A stretch of DNA of 64,000 bases from Tepidisphaera sp. GTDB taxonomy: Bacteria; Planctomycetota; Phycisphaerae; Phycisphaerales; UBA1924. Below are positions 20,007-30,074 of the stretch, in pieces. Location of the stretch: contig CP051526.1 in NCBI GenBank assembly GCA_050916045.1, positions 768,001-832,000 on the forward strand, in the 5' to 3' direction. Under the pieces are notes generated by a model. That model had not been told where the DNA came from. It made no database searches and saw only the letters and a list, made by a program, of their open reading frames with translations. The first letter of the stretch is position 1; every line of letters begins with the position of its first letter. The position numbers were made by a program, and so were the translations under genes.

Positions 20007-20825
20007 CTACCGCACCCACGCCCCCGAAGCCGCTTCCACCGCGTTCATGAACATCCGCGCTCCCGGCGTCGGAAGCTTGAGCAGATCCTTCGGAAGCCGC
20101 GTCCAGTACGGGTGCCGCGTCCACTCCAAAAACCGCTCCGGGTGCGGCATCAAGCCGAAAATCCGCCCCGAAGCGTCCGTCACGCCCGCCACCGCGTCCG
20201 TGCTCCCGTTGTAATTGTCCAGATACCGCACCGCGATCTGCCCGTTCTGCGACAGCCGCGCAAGCGTCCCCGCCTCACCGGAGATGAGCCGACCCTCCCC
20301 GTGCGCGACGGGCAAAATCGCCGCATCCCGCCGCAACTCCTCCGGAATCTCATCCAGCACCCCCCGCGTCCACACGCACGACGAATCGCTCGGATACTCC
20401 ACCGGCACCCACCGATCGACGAACCGCCCCCCGATGTTGTCCGTGAGCGCAAGCTCCTGCGTCGGTGCCGCCTCCCGCGGCCATTCCTCGCCCCGGGCCG
20501 GCCCCGGCAAGAGCCCCACCTGCACCGCCACCTGGAACCCGTTGCACGGCGCGAACACCGGCGCCCCGCGTGCGATCGCATCCCGGAGCGGGCCGTAAAG
20601 CCGTTCCCGCACCTTCATCGCGAAGATCCGCCCCGAAGCGATGTCGTCCCCGTACGAAAACCCTCCCGGAATGCCCAAAAGATCGGCTTTCGCGAGCGGC
20701 GAAGGGTCGCGCACGAGCGATTCGAGGTGGACAAGCTCCACCGTCGCGCCCGCTTTCGCGTACCCGCGGCAAAGCTCCTGATCACAGTTGGTCCCGGGGG
20801 CTCGAATCACGACGGCGTGCGGCAT
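20007..20825 (-). CDS. purQ: phosphoribosylformylglycinamidine synthase glutaminase subunit
   Basis: APGTNCD, PGGFSYGD, CNGFQ, AHGEG, GLMPHPER. Confidence 0.96.
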   Translation of the reverse strand: MPHAVVIRAPGTNCDQELCRGYAKAGATVELVHLESLVRDPSPLAKADLLGIPGGFSYGDDIASGRIFAMKVRERLYGPLRDAIARGAPVFAPCNGFQVAVQVGLLPGPARGEEWPREAAPTQELALTDNIGGRFVDRWVPVEYPSDSSCVWTRGVLDEIPEELRRDAAILPVAHGEGRLISGEAGTLARLSQNGQIAVRYLDNYNGSTDAVAGVTDASGRIFGLMPHPERFLEWTRHPYWTRLPKDLLKLPTPGARMFMNAVEAASGAWVR

Positions 20826-20919
20826 GGCCCATCGTATTCCGCCCGCCCGCCGCCGCACCCCCACGCCCCGATCACGGTGCTTTCATCCCCGCGCCACCTC
20901 GTTCCCGTACGATCCGGGC

Positions 20920-21303
20920 ATGATCAAAGCCTACCTCCTCTTCAACGCCATCGCCTACATCGGGTTCGCCCTCTGGTGCACCGTCGCCCCCGAGAAGACC
21001 TCCAATGCGATCGGCCTCCAGTTCCGAAACGGCTCGGGCAAGAGCGAGTACATCACCGTCTACGGCGGCCTCGAGATGGGCGTCGCCGCGTTCTTCCTGG
21101 TCGCCGGCCTGATGCCGAAGTATCAGGAAGCCGGCTTGCTCTTCTCACTCCTCTTCTACGCGGGTTTGGTCGTCTTCCGTGCGTACTCCTTCGCGACCGT
21201 CCCCGGCATCGAACGCGTGACGTACTACTTCGCGGGCTTGGAACTGATCCTCGGCCTGATCGCGGCGGGGCTCTGGTTCTTCCCCTCGGGGGCCCGTTCG
21301 TAA
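20920..21303 (+). CDS. 4-TM membrane protein (DUF4345-like)
   Basis: SEYITVYGGLEMG motif; four hydrophobic segments. Confidence 0.75.
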   Translation: MIKAYLLFNAIAYIGFALWCTVAPEKTSNAIGLQFRNGSGKSEYITVYGGLEMGVAAFFLVAGLMPKYQEAGLLFSLLFYAGLVVFRAYSFATVPGIERVTYYFAGLELILGLIAAGLWFFPSGARS

Positions 21304-21366
21304 CAGATCCTTACGCACCGCGAGCCAAAACACCCGATCCAACACGAGTTGTGGTAAGCTCTCGCG

Positions 21367-21723
21367 ATGGAAAACCGGAAACCCACGGCGGCTCGAGCGG
21401 CGGCGGTGCTCTGCTCGTTGGCTCTGGCCAGCGCGTACGTCGCGTACCGATCCGGTGCCATGACGCCCGCCGGGCCCAAGCCCGCTCCAGCTCAGGACCA
21501 GCCTCTCGATGAGGCGGAGATCGACCGGCTGCTTGAGGAAACCCAGAACGACCGCCGCATGATGGGCGGCTCCAAGTCCGGCATCATCTTCCAGCCCAAG
21601 GACGCTCCGAAGGACACGCCCAAGGACCCGCCCAAGCACATGGGCGGCAGCAAGAGGGGCATCATCGTCGAGCCCGCCGACCTCAAACCCAAAGCACCCG
21701 CTCAGCCGTCGTCGCCCAAGTGA
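21367..21723 (+). CDS. small membrane-anchored protein with duplicated MGGSK(S/R)GII motif
   Basis: N-terminal TM ending YVAYRSG; Pro-rich linkers; two motif copies. Confidence 0.75.
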   Translation: MENRKPTAARAAAVLCSLALASAYVAYRSGAMTPAGPKPAPAQDQPLDEAEIDRLLEETQNDRRMMGGSKSGIIFQPKDAPKDTPKDPPKHMGGSKRGIIVEPADLKPKAPAQPSSPK

Positions 21724-21742
21724 CCACCCCGCGAGGTGAACG

Positions 21743-22579
21743 ATGGATGTCCCCGCCCTGCTCCTCGCCGCGACCCTGAGCTTCTTCTTCCTCACGCTCG
21801 TTTTCGTCCCGCTCGAGCGTGCTTTCCCCGCCAAGCCCGGCCAGAAGCTCTTCCGCCCCGCCTGGTTCACCGACCTCTGCTTCCTCGCGGGTCAGTACCT
21901 GCTCTGGAACACGCTCATCTTCTGGCTTCTCTCGCTCGAAAGCGGATGGCTCGACGCCGTCATGCCCCGCGGGTTCAGCGACGCCGTCGCGTCCCAGCCG
22001 TGGTGGCTTCAAGCGATCGAGGTCGTCCTGCTCAGCGACTTCTTCGTCTACTGGGGCCACCGCCTGCAGCACCGCGTCCCGCTCCTCTGGCGGTTCCACT
22101 CGGTGCACCATTCCTCCGAGCACCTGGACTATCTCGCGGCCCACCGCGAGCACCCGCTCGACACGGTCTACACGCTGACGCTCATCAATCTCCCGGCGTT
22201 CATCCTCGGCTTCCCGCTCGAAACGCTCGCGGGATTGATCGCGTTCCGCGGGATCTGGGCGATCTACATCCATTCGAACGTGCGGCTGCCCATCGGCCCG
22301 CTCCGCATGCTCATCGGCGCGCCGGAGCTTCACCACTGGCACCACGACCGCGACCGCGATGCCGGCAACTACGCCAACATCTCGCCGCTGATGGACCTGC
22401 TCTTCGGCACCTACCGCTGCCCCGACCACGAGCCGCATCGCTTCGGCATCGATGAGCCCGTCCCCGCAACCTACCTCGGCCACGTGGTCGGCCCTTTCCT
22501 GCCGGCCCAGTCACCATTCGCTGCAGATCCGGCTTCCGCCCTCAACTCCCGCCCCGATCCGGTCGATAACCCTCCGTGA
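21743..22579 (+). CDS. sterol desaturase / fatty acid hydroxylase family protein
   Basis: His boxes YWGHRLQH, FHSVHHS, YIHSN, HHWHH, NYA. Confidence 0.92.
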   Translation: MDVPALLLAATLSFFFLTLVFVPLERAFPAKPGQKLFRPAWFTDLCFLAGQYLLWNTLIFWLLSLESGWLDAVMPRGFSDAVASQPWWLQAIEVVLLSDFFVYWGHRLQHRVPLLWRFHSVHHSSEHLDYLAAHREHPLDTVYTLTLINLPAFILGFPLETLAGLIAFRGIWAIYIHSNVRLPIGPLRMLIGAPELHHWHHDRDRDAGNYANISPLMDLLFGTYRCPDHEPHRFGIDEPVPATYLGHVVGPFLPAQSPFAADPASALNSRPDPVDNPP

Positions 22580-22635
22580 ACACCACCCGAACTCCCGCCG
22601 CTTCCGCGCGTGCCGCGTCTCTACCATCCGCCCGC

Positions 22636-23877
22636 ATGGCGACCAGCTTTCCCAAAGACAAGATCAACGTCCTCCTCCTCGAAAGCGTCCACCCGCACGG
22701 GGTTGAGCTCTTCAAAGCCGACGGGTTCAGCGTCCAGACGGTCGCCGCGAGCCCGGACCCGGCCGCTCTCCCCGCCATGCTCGCGAACACGCACGTCCTG
22801 GGCCTCCGCTCCAAGACCCAGCTCACGAGCGAGCTGATCGCCGCTTCGCCCAAGCTCCTCGCGGTGGGCTGCTTCTGCATCGGGACCGACCAGGTCGACC
22901 TCCCGACCGCCGCGTCGCGCGGGATCCCGGTCTTCAACTCCCCCTTCGGCAACACCCGCTCGGTCGCGGAGCTCACCATCGCCGAAATCGTGGCGCTCTA
23001 CCGCCAGCTTCTGCCCAAGAGCATCGGCATGCACGCGGGAGCGTGGGACAAGTCCGCTTCCGGCTGCCACGAGGTCCGCGGCAAGACGCTCGGCCTCGTC
23101 GGCTACGGCCACATCGGCTCGCAGGTCTCCGTGCTCGCCGAAGCCATGGGCATGCGGGTAATCTACTTCGACATCGTCCCCAAGCTGCCCCTGGGCAATG
23201 CCCGGGCCGTCCGCTCGCTCGCCGACCTGCTTCAGCAAGCCGACGTCGTGAGCTTGCACGTCCCCGCGACCGACCAGACCGAGGGGATGATCGGTGAGCG
23301 CGAGCTCGCGATGATGAAGAAGGGCTCGTACCTCATCAACAACGCCCGCGGCTTGGTCGTCAACATCCCCGCCCTCGCCAAAGCCCTGAAAGCGAGCCAC
23401 CTCGCGGGCGCTGCCCTCGATGTCTTCCCCGTCGAACCCGCCGGCAAGAACGAACCGTTCGTCAGCGACCTTCGCGGGATTTCCAACGTGATCCTGACGC
23501 CCCACGTCGGCGGAAGCACCGCCGAAGCTCAGGAATCGATCGCCGACGATGTCGCTCGCAAACTCATGAGCCACATCAACACCGGCTCGACGACCGGCGC
23601 GGTCAACGTCCCGCAGGTTGAGTTGCCAAGCCAGGGCGACGCCGATGCGGCATCACGCCCGCACCGCATCCTGCACTTCCACCGCAACGTCCCCGGCGTC
23701 CTGAGCAAGATGCACGCCCTGATCGCCCAGCTCGGCGCGAACATCAACGCCGAATATCTGCGCACGAACGCGGACTTGGGCTACGTCGTCCTCGACGTCG
23801 ATCCGACCAACGCCGAGCCGATCCTGGCCGGCCTGCGCCAGATCCCCGAGACCATCCGCGTCCGCGTCCTCTGGTAA
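22636..23877 (+). CDS. serA: D-3-phosphoglycerate dehydrogenase
   Basis: GCFCIGT, NTRSVAE, GYGHIG, TPHVGGST, C-terminal ACT (HRNVPGVL). Confidence 0.96.
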   Translation: MATSFPKDKINVLLLESVHPHGVELFKADGFSVQTVAASPDPAALPAMLANTHVLGLRSKTQLTSELIAASPKLLAVGCFCIGTDQVDLPTAASRGIPVFNSPFGNTRSVAELTIAEIVALYRQLLPKSIGMHAGAWDKSASGCHEVRGKTLGLVGYGHIGSQVSVLAEAMGMRVIYFDIVPKLPLGNARAVRSLADLLQQADVVSLHVPATDQTEGMIGERELAMMKKGSYLINNARGLVVNIPALAKALKASHLAGAALDVFPVEPAGKNEPFVSDLRGISNVILTPHVGGSTAEAQESIADDVARKLMSHINTGSTTGAVNVPQVELPSQGDADAASRPHRILHFHRNVPGVLSKMHALIAQLGANINAEYLRTNADLGYVVLDVDPTNAEPILAGLRQIPETIRVRVLW

Positions 23878-23889
23878 GCCCCCGCTCGC

Positions 23890-24270
23890 TCAGCCCCGGG
23901 CCGAAGCGTGCACCGCGAGGAGCAGGACCCGCCGCCCCTCGGGCGTCAGGTCGATGAACTCAAGCCCGACGCGGTGGTGCAGCAAGCCGTCCATCTTCGA
24001 CCACTCCACCCGCGTCTGCACATCAAACCCGCCGTCGAATGTGGGCACCTTCAGCACCACCACGCTCCCCACGCGCGGGCTGCGAAGCCCCGTGCGCACG
24101 AGCAATCCCGATGCCGAGATGTTCATCACCGACCCGAGCGTGCACTCGACGTCCTCGCACCGAACCCGGCCGTGGCGGCGGTTGTTCTTGACGGCGGGAC
24201 CCTTCCCGTTGGAACGACCTTCGGCGGTGCTTTCGGTGGGTGGGTGTACGGTGAGAAAGTGGTCCTGCAT
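23890..24270 (-). CDS. PilZ domain protein
   Basis: RRHGR and NISASG (RxxxR, D/NxSxxG), VGLEF. Confidence 0.85.
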   Translation of the reverse strand: MQDHFLTVHPPTESTAEGRSNGKGPAVKNNRRHGRVRCEDVECTLGSVMNISASGLLVRTGLRSPRVGSVVVLKVPTFDGGFDVQTRVEWSKMDGLLHHRVGLEFIDLTPEGRRVLLLAVHASARG

Positions 24271-24364
24271 GGCAGGGAAACATCGGCCCGGAACGGGCGG
24301 TCAATCAGACAACTCGCGGGGGGCGGGGCAGCTTTAGCGTCGCGGGCGCGCCAACAGTTGCGTT

Positions 24365-25435
24365 ATGAGCCCTTCGCCCATCGGCCCGGTGATGATCTCC
24401 TCCTGGAACGGCGTGCCTGCGGTGACCCGTGCGGCGGCGTTGCTTGCTTCCGGGACCGATGTGCTGGACGCGATGGTCGCCGGGATCGCGCTCGTCGAGG
24501 ATGATCCGGACGAGCTTTCGGTCGGGTACGGCGGGCTTCCCAACGAGGACGGCGTGGTCGAGCTCGATGCGGCGGTGATGGATGGGCGTCGGCACCGGGC
24601 GGGGGGCGTGGCGGGCGTGCGCGGGTTCCGGCATGTCGCCAAGCTCGCGCTCGAGGTGCTTCGACGCACGGACCACACGCTTCTGGTCGGAGAAGGAGCT
24701 TCGAAGTTCGCGCGGGCCCTCGGGTTTCCGGAAGAGAACCTGCTCACCGAGAAAGCTCGCAAAGCCTGGCTTGACTGGAAAGCGTCGCTGTCAACCAAAG
24801 ACGGCTGGCTCAGCCCCGAGGAACTCGAGGGAGCCGCCGGCAGCGGGTTCGGCCATTCGCTTTGGGCCGGCAACACCGACCCCACCAAGAACCAAGCCGT
24901 GAACCAAGCGGCCGCGCCCGCTCCGGGCGATGGAAAGACCGCGTCCAAGGTCCCTTTCACGTACGGCACGATCCACCTCTCGGCGCTCACCGCGGCCGGC
25001 GACCTCGCGAGCGTCACGAGCACATCGGGCCTGTCGTACAAGATCGCGGGCCGCGTGGGTGATTCCCCGATCGTCGGAGCGGGGTTGTACACGGATAACG
25101 CGGTTGGGTCGGCGGGCGCGACGGGCCGAGGGGAAGCGACGCTCCAAGCGTGCGCGGCCCACAGCGTCGTGCTCCACATGGACCGCGGCGACACGCCGGA
25201 GGAAGCGTGCTTGCGGGTGCTGAGATCAATCGCCGACCGCACGCGCGAGAAACGGCTCTTGGACGCCCGCGGCCGACCTGTCTTCAACGTGACGATGTAC
25301 GCCGTGCGAAAGGACGGCCTCACCGGCTCAGCCTCGATGCACGAGGGGTACGAGCACGTCGTATGGAGCGGGGGGAAGGCGGAGGTGAGGAAGAGTGGGT
25401 GGTTGTACGAGAAAGTCGACCGTTCGTCGTCGTGA
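24365..25435 (+). CDS. N4-(beta-N-acetylglucosaminyl)-L-asparaginase / Ntn asparaginase 2 family
   Basis: SVGYGGLPN, ELDAAVMDG, GTI, TSTSG, GRVGDSP, ATGRGE. Confidence 0.92.
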   Translation: MSPSPIGPVMISSWNGVPAVTRAAALLASGTDVLDAMVAGIALVEDDPDELSVGYGGLPNEDGVVELDAAVMDGRRHRAGGVAGVRGFRHVAKLALEVLRRTDHTLLVGEGASKFARALGFPEENLLTEKARKAWLDWKASLSTKDGWLSPEELEGAAGSGFGHSLWAGNTDPTKNQAVNQAAAPAPGDGKTASKVPFTYGTIHLSALTAAGDLASVTSTSGLSYKIAGRVGDSPIVGAGLYTDNAVGSAGATGRGEATLQACAAHSVVLHMDRGDTPEEACLRVLRSIADRTREKRLLDARGRPVFNVTMYAVRKDGLTGSASMHEGYEHVVWSGGKAEVRKSGWLYEKVDRSSS

Positions 25436-25539
25436 ATTGTCGCATTCACGCGCCGTGGCGTCGGCTTTGACAGTCGCTCGATGGCGGGCCTGAGGAGCGG
25501 CCGGGCGTCTGAGACCCGCTCACTTGCGCTCGGGGCTCA

Positions 25540-26745
25540 TCAGGGCTTCCACGTCGCTTGCGGCAGGGCTTTCGGCATGCCCAAGCTCAGCATCGCGAAC
25601 GCGGTTCCGTACGCGGAGGATCTCGTAAAGACGCGGTCGTTCCAGGAGCCGTCGGGGCTCCGCACGCTCATGAGAAGGTCGTTGATCCGCTTGCGATACT
25701 CGGCCCGTTCGTTCTCGGGGAGCAGTTCCACCGCGCGGGCCGCGTAGTGGTGCGCGAACATGAAGTAGTACGGAGCAACCGCGTACGGGCCCACGTGCGT
25801 CCCCGTCTTGGCCCGGCGATCATCGATCCACTTCCAGTGCACGATGAACGCATCCACCGCGCCCCGCACCCGGTCCACCGAGCCGCGGCCGCCCTCGACG
25901 AGGGCTGACTCGACGGCGCACATGCGGCCGATGGCGCCGGGGGTACGGTCGCCGTTGCTGGTGCCGCTGGCGCGGCGCGGGTCGATCGAGTACGTCACGT
26001 TGCCCGCCGGTCCGCGTGAGCGTTCCAAGCAGTCCAGTGCGCGGTTCACGACGGCCGCGTCGACCTCGTACCCGGCGGCTTTGGCTTCGTAGAGCGATTC
26101 CAAGCACGCCGCGGTCATGAAACTCGACGGAGCGGCGACCTTCGCACGGCCCGCGGGCCTTGCGTAGTTCCATCCACCCACCTCGGGGATCTCAGTCTTC
26201 TGCATCGCGTCGAGGTACCACTTCGCGGCGGTCTCGGCGGCCTGGGCCCTTCCCTCGGGCATGAGGTTCGCACGCTTGAGGATGCTGAGCGTTCGAAGCC
26301 CGTAGCAGTAGCCCCAGCCGCGGACGTCGTAGCCGGCGTCGTACTCGGCTTCGGACATCAGGGGGTGCTCGCGGGTGGCGATGATGAAGTCGACCGCTTT
26401 CGCGACGGCTTCCTTCGCAGCGGCGTTCTCGGCGTAGCCGGGGGCTTTGATCAAGCTCTCAACGACGATCGCGGTTCCGCCGATGCGGTAGGCGACGGGG
26501 ATGTCACCGCCCACGCGGTAGACGCCCTCGTAGGGCCACTCGGGGCCGTCGGGCGTCTTGGGCGGCTCCTTGGCTTTGGGGTCGTAGGTGTGCTGGAGAG
26601 CGATCAGCCGCGCGGTGCCCTGCGCGAAAGCCTCTTCCATCGAGACGCTCGCGGGTTTGGCGGCCGCGGGCGCGGTGGGAGCGGCGGCTTCGGGTTGAAC
26701 CGGGAAGGGGAGGGACGCGGCGGCGAGGATCAGCGGCAGGAGCAT
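25540..26745 (-). CDS. secreted prenyltransferase/squalene-oxidase-repeat (alpha/alpha barrel) protein
   Basis: GGWNY, DGSW, AYGTAFAMLSL motifs. Confidence 0.75.
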   Translation of the reverse strand: MLLPLILAAASLPFPVQPEAAAPTAPAAAKPASVSMEEAFAQGTARLIALQHTYDPKAKEPPKTPDGPEWPYEGVYRVGGDIPVAYRIGGTAIVVESLIKAPGYAENAAAKEAVAKAVDFIIATREHPLMSEAEYDAGYDVRGWGYCYGLRTLSILKRANLMPEGRAQAAETAAKWYLDAMQKTEIPEVGGWNYARPAGRAKVAAPSSFMTAACLESLYEAKAAGYEVDAAVVNRALDCLERSRGPAGNVTYSIDPRRASGTSNGDRTPGAIGRMCAVESALVEGGRGSVDRVRGAVDAFIVHWKWIDDRRAKTGTHVGPYAVAPYYFMFAHHYAARAVELLPENERAEYRKRINDLLMSVRSPDGSWNDRVFTRSSAYGTAFAMLSLGMPKALPQATWKP

Positions 26746-27046
26746 GGCTTCAGGATACCGCCAAACCGATCGGACGGGAATCCTGTCGTCGCGGGCTTCG
26801 AAAGGCGGGCCCTGGGGCGTCGGACGCCTGAGAGAGGCGGAGGGTGGGGCCGCGAGTCCTCCCCTCCGAACGGTTGGAACTCGCCCGAAGTACACGCGGC
26901 CCCACCGACCGCCCCCTTCGCGCGAACAAGCGACGGCGGGACAGTCGGGGTCGTGGGATTCGCCTTTACAAACGAAAGCGGCGCTCCCGGCTCACGCGAA
27001 TCGCGAGAAAAATCTCTGCGGCCGCCCGTTTCTCCACGGACCAAAC

Positions 27047-27072
27047 AAAACGCCCGGCCAAGGGGCCGGGCG
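27047..27072 (-). terminator. intrinsic terminator after M16 peptidase
   Basis: cgcccggcc/ggccgggcg stem with A-run on plus strand. Confidence 0.6.
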
Positions 27073-27115
27073 ATCGATCTCGGAAGCTCGTCCTAGGTCT
27101 TGAATCTGTCGAGGC

Positions 27116-29986
27116 TTACGGCGTGGGCTTGACGATCACGGTCCACGTGCGATCCGGGGCGTAGTACTTGCTGAAGACGTCCTTGATGGTGGCGGCGGTC
27201 AGCGTCTCGTAGAAGGATTTCTCCGTCGCGATGTCGTCCAGGTTCTGGGCGCGGTAGGTGAGGCTTCGCGTACGGCCAAGCCAGTACCCTGGCTCCTTCA
27301 TTTGTTCGCCGAGGGTGTTGGCGATCTGCTTGCGGACGGTGAGGACCTCCTCCTCGCTCGGGCCGTTCTTGGCGAACTCGGCGTACATCTCGGAGATGAC
27401 CTCGGCGAGGCGGTCGGCTTTGGCGGGGTCGGTCGATGTTCCGCACATGAACATGCCGAATCCCGGGTAGGCAGAGGAGGGGTTGCTCGACATCCGCGGG
27501 CTGTACGCGAGGTTCTCACGCTCGCGAATCCGCTGGATCGCCCGCGTCGACAGGAGCTGAGCGGCCGCGGACATCACGCGTGCATCGGTCGTGTTGGTGA
27601 CGTCCACGCCATAGAAACCGACCACGACCTGCGCCTGCTTGGTCTCGGTCTCAACGGTCTCGCGGACGACGCGGGTACCCGTCGGACGCGCCAGCACACG
27701 CCGATCGGCGTGCGTCTTGGCGTCGATTGCCGGACGCGACGGAAGCGTCGCGATGTACTTGGCCACCAGCGCCGAAGCCGCTTCCTGCGAGAGGTCGCCG
27801 ACGATCGCGACTTCGATGGGGCTCTGCGCGATGAGCGTGTTCAGCCACTCCTGCGCCGCATCCCGCGTCACGGCGCTGACCTGCTCGGCCGTCAGCGGCA
27901 TGACCCGATCCTCGCCGGCGGGGAAGACCGTCGACGCGAGCGTCTTGAAGAGCACGCGGGCCGGGCTCTTCTTCGCCGACTCGATCGACTGAAGCTGGCC
28001 CGTCCGCCACTGTTCAAACGCCGCCTGCTCCAGCTTGGGCGCGGTCAGGAGCAGGTGGGCGAGCTGCATGCCGGTCTCGAGGTCGTCCGGCGTGCCGCTG
28101 ACGCTGAGGGCGATCGCGTCGGGCTGGGCGAACCCCGCGACGCTGACCTTCTTCCCGATCATGAGGTCGTTGATGTCCGTCGACGCGAGCGTCGTCGTCG
28201 CGGCCCGTTGCCACGCTTGCGTCGCCGCGTCCGTCACGCCGCGGTTCTTCGAGGTCTCAAGCAACTCGCCGCCCGCGAGCGTGATCGCGACCGCGACGGA
28301 GTTCTTTTTGTAGTCGTTGAACCGGTGGTGGACCTTCACGCCGTTGGGGAGGGTCCAGGTGGTGACCTGCGTCGCGACGTGAAGATCAGGCTTGCCGATC
28401 GGAGCGGGCGCGGGAATCGCCGCCATGAGGCTCTTGGCCCCTTCGGCGACGCTTTCCTCGCTCACCTTCTCGGCGAGCGCGGCTTTGCCGGCCGCCGCGA
28501 GCTGTTCGTCGGTGGGGATGGTCCCGCCGGAGGGAGCTTGCAAGCTGAAGGTCACGGCGGAGATGTCAAACCCCTTGTTGAAGGCCGCGTCAACCTGGGC
28601 TTTGGTGACCGTCGCGTCCAGAGCCCGCAGAATCTCGACGTCCTGCTGGGCGGAGGTCAGCGTCTCGCCGCTGGCGAACGCCGCGTCGAAGGATCCCAGG
28701 ATCTGCACGGCGCCGCGCGTCGCGTCCGTCTGGAGCGAGCTTTCGGCACGGGAGAGCACCTCGCGGCGGGCGTCGTCGATCTCGCGCTGCGAGAATCCGA
28801 AGGTCCGGGCCCGCTGAAGCTCGGCGGCGATGTCCTTAAGCATCGATTCCCACTTGTCGGGCGTGCCCGAGGCTTGCACCTGCGCGACCCGCATCGTGTT
28901 CGCGAAGGAGCCGGCCGACATCCCGCCGCGCAAGCCGGAGAACTCGCCGCGGGCGATCTTCCGCTCGATCCGCCGGTTGAACGCGATCGTGCCGAGCTGT
29001 TCGACAAGCTGCTCGCGGGCCCGGCCGTAGGTCGTGACCGGAGGAGTGGGGGGGTCCAGGCGCATGATCGCGACCGTCGCCTGCGTGAGTTCGGCGTCCG
29101 TGATGACCACGCCCCGCGTCTCGGTGATCGGTCTGACGCCCACGTCCTGATCGGCGGGCTGGGGCGTCTTGACGCCCTCGGAGAACTTGGCGCGGAGCGC
29201 CTCCACCATGACGTTGGTGGGCAGGTCGGCGACCATGAAGATCGCCATGTTCGAGGGCGCGTACCACTTGCCGTAGTAGTCCTGGAAGTCCTGACGCATC
29301 ACGCCGTTGATCGTCGCTTCCACGCCGATGGGGATGCGTTCGCCAAAGATCGAGCCCGGCGCCATCCGCTTCAGCCACGCTTCCTGCACGCGCTGCTGAG
29401 CCCCGATCCGCGTCCGCTTCTCTTCAAGGATGATCCCGCGTTCCTTGTCGATCTCCTCCTGCGGAAGCGTCAGCCGGAACGCGACGTCCGAGAGGAACGT
29501 CAGCGCTTTGTCGACCGTCTCAGTGTTGTTGTCGGGCATCTCAAGGCGGTAGTTCGTCCGATCAAACGAGGTCGAAGCGTTCTGGTGCCGTCCGAACGTC
29601 AGGCCCAGCCCCTGGAAGAAATCAATCACGCTTCCGGGCGGAAAGTTCGCCGAGCCGTTGAATGCCATGTGTTCGAGGAAGTGCGCGATGCCGCGCTGCT
29701 TCTCCGTCTCGTTCAGCGAGCCCGACGAAACGTGAAGCCACACCGCCGCACGACCCGGCGGCACCGCGTGCTGCATCACCACGTACCGCATGCCGTTGGC
29801 GAACTCGCCCGTCACCAGACGCGGGTCCGTCGGGAGCGGGTCCGAATCCTTGAACGCGGGCGTTGCGGGTTGGGCCAATGCGGTGGGCACCGGCGAGGCT
29901 AGCCCCGCCGCCGAAGCCAGCAGAAAGCCGAGGCAGAGCGTGGAGCCGCCGACCATGGTCGAAAGCAAACGAGTGGGACGATTCAT
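27116..29986 (-). CDS. secreted M16 family zinc metallopeptidase (PqqL-like)
   Basis: GIAHFLEHMAFNGS (HxxEH), NASTSFD, IRERENLAYS. Confidence 0.93.
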   Translation of the reverse strand: MNRPTRLLSTMVGGSTLCLGFLLASAAGLASPVPTALAQPATPAFKDSDPLPTDPRLVTGEFANGMRYVVMQHAVPPGRAAVWLHVSSGSLNETEKQRGIAHFLEHMAFNGSANFPPGSVIDFFQGLGLTFGRHQNASTSFDRTNYRLEMPDNNTETVDKALTFLSDVAFRLTLPQEEIDKERGIILEEKRTRIGAQQRVQEAWLKRMAPGSIFGERIPIGVEATINGVMRQDFQDYYGKWYAPSNMAIFMVADLPTNVMVEALRAKFSEGVKTPQPADQDVGVRPITETRGVVITDAELTQATVAIMRLDPPTPPVTTYGRAREQLVEQLGTIAFNRRIERKIARGEFSGLRGGMSAGSFANTMRVAQVQASGTPDKWESMLKDIAAELQRARTFGFSQREIDDARREVLSRAESSLQTDATRGAVQILGSFDAAFASGETLTSAQQDVEILRALDATVTKAQVDAAFNKGFDISAVTFSLQAPSGGTIPTDEQLAAAGKAALAEKVSEESVAEGAKSLMAAIPAPAPIGKPDLHVATQVTTWTLPNGVKVHHRFNDYKKNSVAVAITLAGGELLETSKNRGVTDAATQAWQRAATTTLASTDINDLMIGKKVSVAGFAQPDAIALSVSGTPDDLETGMQLAHLLLTAPKLEQAAFEQWRTGQLQSIESAKKSPARVLFKTLASTVFPAGEDRVMPLTAEQVSAVTRDAAQEWLNTLIAQSPIEVAIVGDLSQEAASALVAKYIATLPSRPAIDAKTHADRRVLARPTGTRVVRETVETETKQAQVVVGFYGVDVTNTTDARVMSAAAQLLSTRAIQRIRERENLAYSPRMSSNPSSAYPGFGMFMCGTSTDPAKADRLAEVISEMYAEFAKNGPSEEEVLTVRKQIANTLGEQMKEPGYWLGRTRSLTYRAQNLDDIATEKSFYETLTAATIKDVFSKYYAPDRTWTVIVKPTP

Positions 29987-30074
29987 CGGAGAAGCCTTTC
30001 AGTTTCCGGCGGTCGCCGGAGTTATCAGATTGGACGCTCGGGAACGCTCGCGGTTCAACCCGCCGAACCGGAGC

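Noticed and set aside
25540..26745. Squalene-hopene or oxidosqualene cyclase linked to the sterol desaturase
   Set aside because: Too short, has a signal peptide, lacks DxDD/DCTAE motifs and is not adjacent to the desaturase.
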